Shown here one piece after another: positions 18,787 to 28,500 of a stretch of DNA of 32,000 bases. Location: contig NC_006139.1 in NCBI RefSeq assembly GCF_000025945.1, forward strand, positions 30,001-62,000, written 5' to 3'. Position 1 is the stretch's first letter, and each line of letters begins with the position of its first letter. A model generated the notes under the pieces. That model was given only the letters and a program-made list of their open reading frames with translations. It had not been told where the DNA came from and did no database searches. The position numbers and the translations under genes are program-made. Source of the DNA: Desulfotalea psychrophila LSv54. Its GTDB lineage: Bacteria; Desulfobacterota; Desulfobulbia; Desulfobulbales; Desulfocapsaceae.

Positions 18787-18844
18787 CATGTTATCATATA
18801 TGATTACTTTTATCAATACTCTCTTCCTCTCTTAAAACTTGAAG

Positions 18845-18868
18845 TGTAATCGGGAGTACCTGATTACA
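18845..18868. promoter_or_regulatory. Palindromic candidate operator upstream of the toxin-antitoxin pair
   Basis: TGTAATC cgggagtacct-type core GATTACA; 7-bp perfect arms. Confidence 0.45.
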
Positions 18869-19132
18869 TAAACTTCTCGTGGAGATGGGGATCTCTCTCG
18901 ATGCTGGCAAATTATCATGGTAAGCTTGCATGCTTTTGTACGAGTAAAGCTAAAACGACTTTAACAGAAACTTTAAGTTTTATCTTACACGAGGGCCTTT
19001 TCAAGGCACCTCCGTCACTCTCCATAAACCGCGCAACTTCATCTGCCAATAACTAGCCGTTTTCTCGTATGTATTCTTTATGATTTAAACCAATTCACCA
19101 TTGACATCTGAGGAGAGTTAGGCTAACATTAA

Positions 19133-19197
19133 TGTAAACAAAATGTTTACATGTTTACAGTTGTATACGCCCAAAAACACTGGGTTTAATGTTTACA
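19133..19197 (+). promoter_or_regulatory. Operator/parS-like cluster of TGTAAACA / TGTTTACA sites
   Basis: TGTAAACA at 19133-19140; TGTTTACA at 19144-19151, 19152-19159 and 19190-19197. Confidence 0.65.
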
Positions 19198-19215
19198 CTA
19201 AAAAGGGGATTGGAA

Positions 19216-20067
19216 ATGGCAACACCACTTAGCATGAGGGTTAGCGAAGAAGTTAAGGAATCTTTTGGACTTTTAAAGGCCAGCTCTGGAATGACGCCAG
19301 AGGATCTTATGCTCTCTATGATGGAGAACTTTAAAGCGTCTAGGGATGAGATGAATAGCCCAGTTTCCAAAGAGCTGACCAAGGTCAAACAGGTTTTTGC
19401 CACGGCTGAGCGAGTGGTTGCTGCGTTTTTGGAAATAGCTGAGAATGACAAAATTTCTGCTATTGATCACTTGGCAGCTGAAAAAATTGTTTACCTGGAG
19501 GCTATTAAAGAGCTGAAAGAGACGAATGCAGAACTGGTACAAGATAAGGCGGCATTGCAGGCTGCCAGTGTAGACCAACGGACACAGCTGGGTGACCAGG
19601 TTGAAGAACTTGAGTCTATTAAAGGTCGACTAGAGGACACCTCGTCACTCAAAGAAGCATGGGGAAAAGCAGAGACCACTTATCAGGCTCGGATCACCGA
19701 GCTTGATGTGGAAGCGCAGGCCTCTCGGCAACTTGCTACTAATAAAGCCGCCCTTGAAAAAAATGTGGCCGAATTAAAACCGTTTCAGGAATTGGCAGCT
19801 AATTTCAAAAAAGAGCTTGGCGAGACCCAAAAACAGGTAGTTGCTCATCAAAAAGATATAGATGTTCTGCAAAAGAAGACTAACGAATTAGACACAAAAA
19901 ACGCTGTATTGGCTGAACAAAAAAAATCATGTGAGGCTCAGGCCACGACTCAAATTGCATCCCTGGAGCGAGAAATTGCATTGTTGGAACGGGAAAATCA
20001 GAGTCTGAGTGGGCAGGTGTCTCTTCTCACTGAAACGCTGTCAAAATCTAACGAAGTCAAAAAATAA
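19216..20067 (+). CDS. KfrA-like plasmid protein: short N-terminal DNA-binding region followed by a long coiled coil
   Basis: MATPLSMRVSEEVKESFGLLKASSGMTPEDLML N-terminus, then a long Q/E/K/L-rich heptad-like region; AAAAGGGGATTGGAA RBS upstream of the ATG at 19216. Confidence 0.6.
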   Translation: MATPLSMRVSEEVKESFGLLKASSGMTPEDLMLSMMENFKASRDEMNSPVSKELTKVKQVFATAERVVAAFLEIAENDKISAIDHLAAEKIVYLEAIKELKETNAELVQDKAALQAASVDQRTQLGDQVEELESIKGRLEDTSSLKEAWGKAETTYQARITELDVEAQASRQLATNKAALEKNVAELKPFQELAANFKKELGETQKQVVAHQKDIDVLQKKTNELDTKNAVLAEQKKSCEAQATTQIASLEREIALLERENQSLSGQVSLLTETLSKSNEVKK

Positions 20068-20405
20068 ATTATAAAGCGGGGATCGGCTTCCCGCTTATTT
20101 CTTTACCTTCGAGGCCGTGGTCCAGAGCACCTGGACCAATGAGAATACAGGGATAAAGATGGCACAGTTCACCTCTCCCTGCAGGATGCCATGGGCCACC
20201 GGACCTTCGATGCCTACGATTTTTGTGCTTCACGCCATGGGCAGATCCTTCCCTTCCATGGTGAGCGAGCCATGGGCCACCCCGTACTCCACCAACGATG
20301 TGGCATTTTACCCTAGCAGTAATAAGCGCAGGTTTCCCGAAGCGCTGAAGAGGGTGCAGGTTCACACCACCTACTATAAGGATAAAATCCTCAAGGTGAA
20401 CTAGC

Positions 20406-22648
20406 ATGACTAAAGATAGCCAAGAATTTGATTTCAACTCAGCCCTCAAAGCGCTTAAAGAGGGTAAGCCGCTACATGGCCCGCCCCCTTAATAAAAAAA
20501 CTTGCTGAAACAGCTCTTGAAGGTGAACTTGATTCTCACCTCGCCCAGACAATCACAGCTAATCGCAAGAACGGTAAAGGAAAAAAGACCATTAAATCAA
20601 TGGATGGCAACTTCGACCTTAAAACTCCAAGAGATCGTGATGGCAGCTTTACTCCCCAGCTTATCAAAAAGCATCAAACCACCCTGAGTGATGCTCTAGA
20701 GCAAAAAATCATTGCCCTTTATGGCCTTGGAATGAGCTACCGGGATATATCATCTCATATTGAAGATATGTATGGCCTAGAGGTCTCAACAGGCACTCTC
20801 AGCACAGTAACAGATAAGATATTACACACCGTTAAAGAATGGCAAGCACGGCCATTAGAGCGTGTGTACCCCATCGTTTGGCTGGATGCTATTCATTATA
20901 AAATTCGTGAACAAGGGACGGTGGTTAGCAAAGCCGTGTACACTATCCTGGGATTGAATATTGAAGGTAAGAAAGAAGTTCTTGGCTTAACAATTTCTGA
21001 CAGCGAAGGGGCTAAGTTTTGGCTCCAGGTTTTAACTGATCTTGCGAACAGAGGCGTTGAAGATATTCTTATCGCCTGTGTTGATGGGCTGAAAGGCTTC
21101 CCAGAGGCCATAGAAGTTGTTTTTCCACAAACTGAAATACAGCTCTGCATAGTGCACCAGATCCGCAACTCCTTGAAATATGTAGGCTCGAAAAACCAGA
21201 AGGAATTTATGGTAGATCTCAAACGAGTCTACAAAGCAACAACGAAAGATCTGGCTGAATCTGAGTTGGATATCTTAGAAGAAAAATGGAACGAAAAATA
21301 CCCTATAGTCATAAAATCATGGAGAAATAACTGGGAAAGATTAAGCCATTATTTTAAATATCCAGAAGATATCAGGCGCATCATCTATACGACTAACACC
21401 ATTGAGGCAGTGCATGGCCTTGTTGCACAAATAGAAGTTGCTAGCATTGCTCGATGATGTTTTCTTGTAACACACAGAAAACATTGGGAGAGTTATGAGA
21501 GAGCGCAGGGGAAAAATCAAAAATTGGCCGGAATATAACAGAGCATTGAAGCAACGAGGCTCGGTGACATTTTGGGTGGACAAGAAAGCGATTGAAAGTT
21601 GGTACAGTACGACTGTATCAGAGCAGCGTGGCCGTGTCGCAAGTACGCGGATGATGCACGACCTGTTTGATGTGGAACCATTTATGGACTGTCTCTCAAG
21701 GGTACAGAAGGTTTTCTAAATTCACTTTTTGAACTGATGGATATCGACCTCCAGGCACCTGATTATACAAGTGCCAGCAGGCGTGCCCAAACAGTTAAGG
21801 TAAATTACAGGCTACCAAGCCGTGGGCCGATTAAGCATATCGTCATCGATTCAACGGGCCTTAAAGTCTACGGAGAAGGAGAATGGCGTGTACGGAAGCA
21901 CGGTGCAGGAAAACGTAGAACTTGGCGTAAGCTTCATCTTGCTATTGATACAGAAACTCATCAAATTATAAGTGGTGAAATTTCGATGGAGTGGGTGCAT
22001 GATTCCAAGGTGTTGGGGCCGTTATTAAATCCTCTTCGACGACGCATAGAGCAGATATCAGGCGATGGTGCCGGATACGAAAGAGTGCTATGCCGTGGCC
22101 GAGAGAAAAGGTGCTATTGTAACTATTCCACCACGGAAAAATGCTGCTATGTGGGAGGAAGGCCATCCAAGAAATGAGGCTGTAGGAGCATTGCGAAAAG
22201 GTGAGTTAAAAGAGTGGAAAGCAAGCACAGCGTATCATCAAAGGTCTCTTGCTGAAACAGCGATGTATCGCTACAAACAGTTGATCAGTGGTAAATTAAG
22301 CCTCCGCGAGGAGGCAAGCAGGTAGGGCTGCGATCAAGGCTTTGAACAAAATTAATACGTTAGGGATGCCTGTTCGAGAGGCTGTTTGCTAAGATGGAAT
22401 GGCGTAGAGGGATGATAGTTTTCTTTCCTCATGATTTATGCAACAAGGCCGCAGTGCATCGCCAATTTCGTAAGTTAACAAAAACAAAGGGCGCTTTTCC
22501 CAATAAAGATAGTTTGCTGAAATTGCTGTATTTAGGCATCCAGAATGCGAGTAAAAAATGGACTATGCCCATCCAAAACTGGGCATTAACAATTTCTCAG
22601 TTGGTGATCTACTTTGAGGGAAGACTGGATAAGGATCTGAAACTTTGA
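20406..22648 (+). pseudogene. IS256-family transposase gene, frameshifted near 20485-20495 and interrupted by an IS5-family insertion
   Basis: IS256 signatures TPRDRDGSFTPQLIKKHQTTL, YPIVWLDAIHYKIREQG, GLKGFPEAIEVVFPQTEIQLCIVHQIRNSLKYV and IIYTTNTIEAVH; continued after the insertion by RQFRKLTKTKGAFPNKDSLLKLLYLGIQNASKKWTMPIQNWALTISQLVIYFEGRL. Confidence 0.95.
21416..22450 (+). mobile_element. IS5-family (IS903-like) insertion sequence, 1035 bp, transposase frameshifted
   Basis: Ends GGCCTTGTTGCACAAAT...ATTTATGCAACAAGGCC. 9-bp target duplication GCAGTGCAT at 21407-21415 and 22451-22459. Transposase blocks VNYRLPSRGPIKHIVIDSTGLKVYGEGEWRVRKHGAGKRRTWRKLHLAIDTETHQI and TKECYAVAERKGAIVTIPPRKNA. 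Confidence 0.95.
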
Positions 22649-22793
22649 TACAGTGTGACTCTCTCCAGCAAAAAGCCAGCGCCTCCGACGGGTGTGTTTG
22701 CCTGGCCCATTCTCGGCGCTGACTTTGACTTCCGTTCCGATGATGATAATGGAGATTACAAATTGACACGGAATCTTGAACACTCCCCATCAA

Positions 22794-23273
22794 CTATTTT
22801 TTCTTCCTGTCTGTCTTCTGCTCAGCTACAATTTTTTTATTTTCATCTTCTGAAACAGTCATATAGATATGTGCTTTTTCAACCACTAATACATAATTTC
22901 TATTTAAAGAAAAGCCGTAAGTCTTTATCATCATATTATTATCTTCATTGATCTTTTTTACTGCAACATCAATCTCTTTTTTCAGGCTCATTTTTAGGTC
23001 TTTGGTTTGGGCCTGCTTTAACTGATTTTGTAGCTGAATAACTCGCTGTCGCTCCAGCTGCATAATCTGAACATTTTTTTGAAATTCCTGATTAGCTTCA
23101 ACAGAGCTCAAGGTACTGACTTTTACCAATTTTTGTTCCACTTGCTGGGGATTCTCAACCTTGGTTTTGTGTTCTTCCTTCTTCTTTTCAGCTGAAACGG
23201 GGTTACATGCACACAAAAACAATACAGCCACAAATAAGCTAACAAATTTTATAGTATTTCCACCTAAACGCAT
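22794..23273 (-). CDS. Putative lipoprotein with coiled-coil segment, adjacent to the TPS locus
   Basis: 159 aa; N-terminal signal with lipobox-like VLFLCAC. Confidence 0.6.
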   Translation of the reverse strand: MRLGGNTIKFVSLFVAVLFLCACNPVSAEKKKEEHKTKVENPQQVEQKLVKVSTLSSVEANQEFQKNVQIMQLERQRVIQLQNQLKQAQTKDLKMSLKKEIDVAVKKINEDNNMMIKTYGFSLNRNYVLVVEKAHIYMTVSEDENKKIVAEQKTDRKKK

Positions 23274-23293
23274 GAAACCTCCTCCTAATTAAG

Positions 23294-25021
23294 TTAATAA
23301 GCAATCACCAGTCCTAAATGAAGCCGAGAGTTAGCACCCAAGGCAATATCCTTACCACAATCTTGAATACCATAATCAAGATGTAATGAAATGTTAGAAC
23401 CGAAATTATAGCGTAATCCCAAACCATAACCAGAAAGGGTTTCATTCCTGTCTATATAATCGTTACGGCCAAAACCATAATCCCAAAATGCTAAAAGCTG
23501 TAACATCCCTAAATCTTTTTGGTAATTCATAAAATCTGCAAGAGAAAGACTTGGTGTTAGTATTTCATTTCTTAATAACAGGCCACTATCAATATTCACC
23601 TCACGCTCAGGAAAGCCTCGAATAGTGGAATAACCGCCAAGCCCGATCTGCTCACTACCGAGAAGCTGCCCGTTAGCCAACTGACCATGCGCCTTATTGC
23701 TTAGAGCAAATCCAAATGGCAGGGTCGTTAATCTATCAATATCAAGATTACAATAGAGATAATCTGCAGAGGCACCTTCCTGGTAGTTATTAAAATATTC
23801 ATCAGTATTATATCTCAACAAATTTCCAGGACTCACCACAGCCTGTAAATTAAACGCTGTCATTCCCAAGCCATCTGGTAAAGAGCCATTATATCCTGCA
23901 ATCACCTGTAAAATTTCTACATCTTTATTAAATACGGGAGAGGCAGAAAAGCCAAGATTACTATTGCTAAACTTATAGTCAACTCCAAGAAACACGCTGT
24001 GGAGATACTTTTCTGTAGGATCTAGATCCAGTATATAGCGAGCGCTTAATTCGAAACTTTCTGCTTCCAAATCATAGGGATCAAGATTGGGATTACTCTC
24101 TGCATAGGCCGCAAAAAAGTTTATTGTTTGACGATAACTTATTGGAAGCTCGTAATGAAGAGAATGTGCATTCATGCTTTTGTAATTATCACTACTGGTA
24201 AATTGATAATCAAGCAGATGTCCAAGGCCAAAGGCATTTCCCCAATTCAAGCCGGCAAAATAGCGATCATAGCCCGTATTCCCAGTACCGGTGTTTTCAT
24301 ATCCACCATACAAACGGAGAGGAAATCTATCCTCTGTACGTAATACAACATCTGTTTTTCCCTGTTCTTCACCTCGTATAAGCACCAAATCAACCCTGCG
24401 AAAAGGATTTTTATTAATTTTGTTAATATCTTCGGCTAACATATTACCACGAATGGGATCACCAGGTTTGGCCCGCACCTGTTTTGCTATCATCTCACTC
24501 TCAAACCATTCATTGCCCTCAACCCGTATCTCGCCAACATGACCTTCCCGAACAACAATTTGAATTGTTCCACCCGTTATATCCTGTTCTGGCACATAGA
24601 CATCAACGACGGGGGTTGATTGAGAACGAAAATAAACAACAACACTTTTCAACATATCGTTCAGTTTCTCTAAACTCAAGGGCTCATTTAAAAAAACATT
24701 CATCTCTTTAAAAAAAGATTCGGGCATATATCCATCTGTCAATATGCCTTCCATATTTATTCCGTTTTTGAGAACTTTTTCTGGGGTTCTCAAAAAAATC
24801 AAACCTGTTAATCGTTTTAGGATAATGCGTTGAGGGTCAGATGATTTCACCTCTTGCAGAGAAACATCTGTGGGGACTTCAATTGGTTTTGCATTACTCT
24901 CAAGCTTTTTAGGAGCTACAAGTTTAAGATCCTGCGCATAAGTGGCTGGACAACCAATAACAATTAATAACAGCCCAGTGGTCAATGTCTGCAGAAGACG
25001 TTGGTAACATACTAATGCCAT
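23294..25021 (-). CDS. Two-partner secretion outer-membrane transporter (TpsB, ShlB/FhaC/HecB family)
   Basis: Signal peptide, POTRA-like EGHVGEIRVEGNEWFESEMIAKQVRAKPGDPI, and C-terminal barrel with QIGLGGYSTIRGFPEREVNIDSGLLLRNE (VRG-like motif). Confidence 0.9.
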   Translation of the reverse strand: MALVCYQRLLQTLTTGLLLIVIGCPATYAQDLKLVAPKKLESNAKPIEVPTDVSLQEVKSSDPQRIILKRLTGLIFLRTPEKVLKNGINMEGILTDGYMPESFFKEMNVFLNEPLSLEKLNDMLKSVVVYFRSQSTPVVDVYVPEQDITGGTIQIVVREGHVGEIRVEGNEWFESEMIAKQVRAKPGDPIRGNMLAEDINKINKNPFRRVDLVLIRGEEQGKTDVVLRTEDRFPLRLYGGYENTGTGNTGYDRYFAGLNWGNAFGLGHLLDYQFTSSDNYKSMNAHSLHYELPISYRQTINFFAAYAESNPNLDPYDLEAESFELSARYILDLDPTEKYLHSVFLGVDYKFSNSNLGFSASPVFNKDVEILQVIAGYNGSLPDGLGMTAFNLQAVVSPGNLLRYNTDEYFNNYQEGASADYLYCNLDIDRLTTLPFGFALSNKAHGQLANGQLLGSEQIGLGGYSTIRGFPEREVNIDSGLLLRNEILTPSLSLADFMNYQKDLGMLQLLAFWDYGFGRNDYIDRNETLSGYGLGLRYNFGSNISLHLDYGIQDCGKDIALGANSRLHLGLVIAY

Positions 25022-25522
25022 TCAAATTCTCCCTAAATTATCCTTCTGGTTCGTTTATTTGTTCCACAGGAGGTCGGGCAGGGGGGGGGCGAGCACACAC
25101 CATCAGGGGGTGCCTAAGCAAAAAAAACATTTCTGCCCTGTAATCATTATTGCAACCACCATTGTCAACAGAGGAAGCCATTACTATTCAAAGGATAATC
25201 TTATAAAAAACGACATCTCAAACATAATGCTGGCTATCCACCATACTGGCGGGAACTTCTATTCTTTAAATCTCCACACTTCGCAAGCAACACCAATCCA
25301 GTTAGGGCGGTATTATTATCAATAACATCTCACCAACCAAATCGTACTTCTCTTCTCAATCTACCGGCACTTTCACTGACAGGGGCAAAATGCCCCGCAG
25401 ATAGCCACAAAAACATACGCATAACTAAAATATCATTAAAACACAGGTGGTTGAGTAAAACAACCTATCATTTCCAAATGATGTTCAACCATCTGATATT
25501 TAGAGCCACTCATAATTTTATA

Positions 25523-28500
25523 TTAATCTAGATAATTGCTACCTGACTCCCACTTATTACGCTCATCGTTTAGGTAGTATACACCAAAACCTGTTACACC
25601 TTCTTCAATTTTAACATCGGGACTAAACTCCATAGATATTATATTCCCATCTATATAAGCATGTCCCTCAAATTCTATAGAAAAGTATGGTCGACTCTGT
25701 ATAAAGGTTTGTTGTGGCATTTTCATAATATCGCTGAGCTCGCCCAATTCTTTTGCATTAAAAATGGTCGCAGAGGATGGCCCAGAGAATGGTTCAGGGT
25801 TTGGTACAGAGAAAACGGACAGAGCGTTTTGGTTATTTATGTCCTGGGCAAAAATATAATTACTATTCAGAGCAATGAGCCCGTCGCCATAAATGGCATA
25901 ACTACCAACCTTACTATTAATGGTTGCGTCCGTGCTGTAAGTTTCTCTTCCTGTGATAGCACTTGCCAATGTCTCGTTGTTTTTAAAGCCTACGACCTTA
26001 CCGGTGAGTAAGGGATTAGCAGTTCCGTATGCACGGTTTACGGCATCAGCGACATAGGTCAGCCTTGCAGGATTAATAGTCAGTTTTGCTGCAACATAAT
26101 CAATTGCATAATTATCATTTACAATCGTCCCTTGCCCTATTGCATAACTACCAACATTCTCACCAACTACCCGGGTCAGAGAACCACTCAAATAATCGCC
26201 ACCAAGAAAACCTCTATCCTCTTGCTGGCCCTCAATATCATAGCTCAGAGAGGGATCGATATTTCCATATATTTTCAGAGCGGCATTTGCCGTTACGGTC
26301 GCTTGACGCGGTGCAATAAGCAGTTCACCATCAGCATAGCTGATACTATAGTTAGAGGTACTTCCCTGTTTAAAGGAAGCCAATCCTGACGACAAGAAAT
26401 AGGTGCCGACATTACTGCTTTTTGTTGCATCACTGCTTAACAAAGAGATTCCGAGCAGATCGTCAACAGCTAAATTATCGGCAGAGACAGAACCATATTG
26501 AGGAGTTGCATTACCATAGACCCTTGTAATATCATTGGCTGTAATCGTGATTGAGCGGGGAGTAATATCCGCCGTCGTAATTTCAGTTGCAGTCACTAAA
26601 TAATTGTCGGCATCCGATCCCGATAGAGTTCCACCGACAATGCTCACCCGCTTGGCAATACCGACATTTTTATCACTAAAAGAACCTGAAAGCGTACCCA
26701 GAGCTACGTGATCTCCAAGGAGAATGCCAGAGGTGATGGATCCGCCACTAATCACGGCGTCTAGGGTACCATCGTAAATTTTATTATCTGCCGAAATACT
26801 GGTAATAACAAGTTCTTTCTGGGTAATGTCAGCTGTTGCCGTTGCTGTAGCAGCCACCAAGTAGTTTGTTGCATCTGTTCCTGCAATTGTCATTCCTGTA
26901 ACGAGAATGTCTTTGTCCCTGCCCGCAGTTTTAGAAGTAAATGCTGAATCACCAGATACAATTAAAACGTCACCGGCAAACCGATTATCGACAAAATCCA
27001 CAGAAGCATCTGTAGTAGCGTTATAAACTCTGTCTTTGCCAGTCGCATTGACGGTCAAGGTTGCCTTGGTAATTGTGGCGGTTGCCGTTGCCTGACCAGT
27101 GATAGTGTAGTTATCTCTATCAGCACCTTCATAATTACTGTACAGGGAGACAACTTTGCCCGTTCCTACGTTTTTATTGTCAAATAGACCTGTTGTAGAA
27201 ACAGTGACAACATCGCTGCCAAGAAGACCTGTATAAGCTGCACCGGTGGTATCAATAGTTGTTGCTGTTGTGGCATCATACACCTTATTCGCTACGGCGA
27301 TACCAGAGAGAGTCAAGTCTGCACGGCTAATATTTGCGGTGGTGCTTGCCTGATCAACAATGGCATAGTTGGCTACATCGGCACCTGTATAGTTACTCTT
27401 GAGATTTACTGTTTTTCCGATGCCAACGTTTTTATTGTTAAAAAAACCTGTGGCTGAAACAGAAACAGCATCACTGCCAAGAAGACCTGTATAAATTGCA
27501 CTGGTGGTAATGGGTGATGCAGCAGTAGTCGTATCATAAACCTTATTAGAGGCTGTTATTCCTGAAACCGTCAGTGGCGCGGGTGTGATATCGGCTGTCA
27601 GACCATTCGGCTGAGTTAAAGTGTAATTAATCGCGTCAGCACCATCAATAGTCAACGCGGCTGTGACTGTCTTATTGTGCCCAACATTTTTGAGGTCAAA
27701 ATTACCATTACTAGTCGCGATACTGACATCGTCACTCAGCAAGATGCCGGCAAGGTTGGCATTGGTGATTGTCACTGCTGTGGTCTGGTTGTAAATCTTA
27801 TCCTGTGCAGCTGGCACCATTAACTATCAGTACGGCCTTGTCTAATATCAAGGCTGCCGGCAACAAAGGTAAGCTTGTAGTTCCGGTCAGTACCGCTGGC
27901 AGTGTGGCTATAAGTTCCAGCCTTCTTGCCAATGCCGCCTGCTTCAGTTACATTGGTCAGAACGGCGAGAGTCTCGCTGTTCATCAGACCTGTGGCGGTG
28001 AAGCCGGTCACCTTCTGACCCAGACCGTTGTAGGTGACGGTGTTGCTGTTTGCGGTAACTATGACATCGGCCTTGTTAATATCAAGGTTGCCGGCAACAA
28101 AGGTAAGCTTGTAGTTCCGGTCAGTACCGCTGGCAGTGTGGCTATAAGTTCTAGCGTTCTTGCCACTGCCGCCTGCTTCAGTTATATTGGTCAGAACGGC
28201 GAGAGTCTCGCTATTCACCAGACCTGTGGCGGTGAAGCCGGTCACATTCTGATTCAGACCGTTGTAGGTGACTATGTTGCTGTTTGCGGTAACGGTAACA
28301 TCGGCTTTGTTGATAGTCCCTATCGCCGTGGCGATGTCGGTGATGGTATAGTTTCCGCTCATATCATTATTAAAGCCATCAACAATGGTGTAGCCAGATT
28401 TGATTTGCAGGGTGCTCATATTAGCATCCATCACATCTTTATAAGCAAACTGTTCCGCAACTGTGACAGTATCACCGGCAACGGCACCCGCCACAGTTAC

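Noticed and set aside
20069-20449. Opposing ORFs of 126 aa (minus) and 95 aa (plus) between the coiled-coil gene and the IS256 gene
   Set aside because: Neither strand gives a recognisable product. Could be a gene scrap, but there is no basis to choose.
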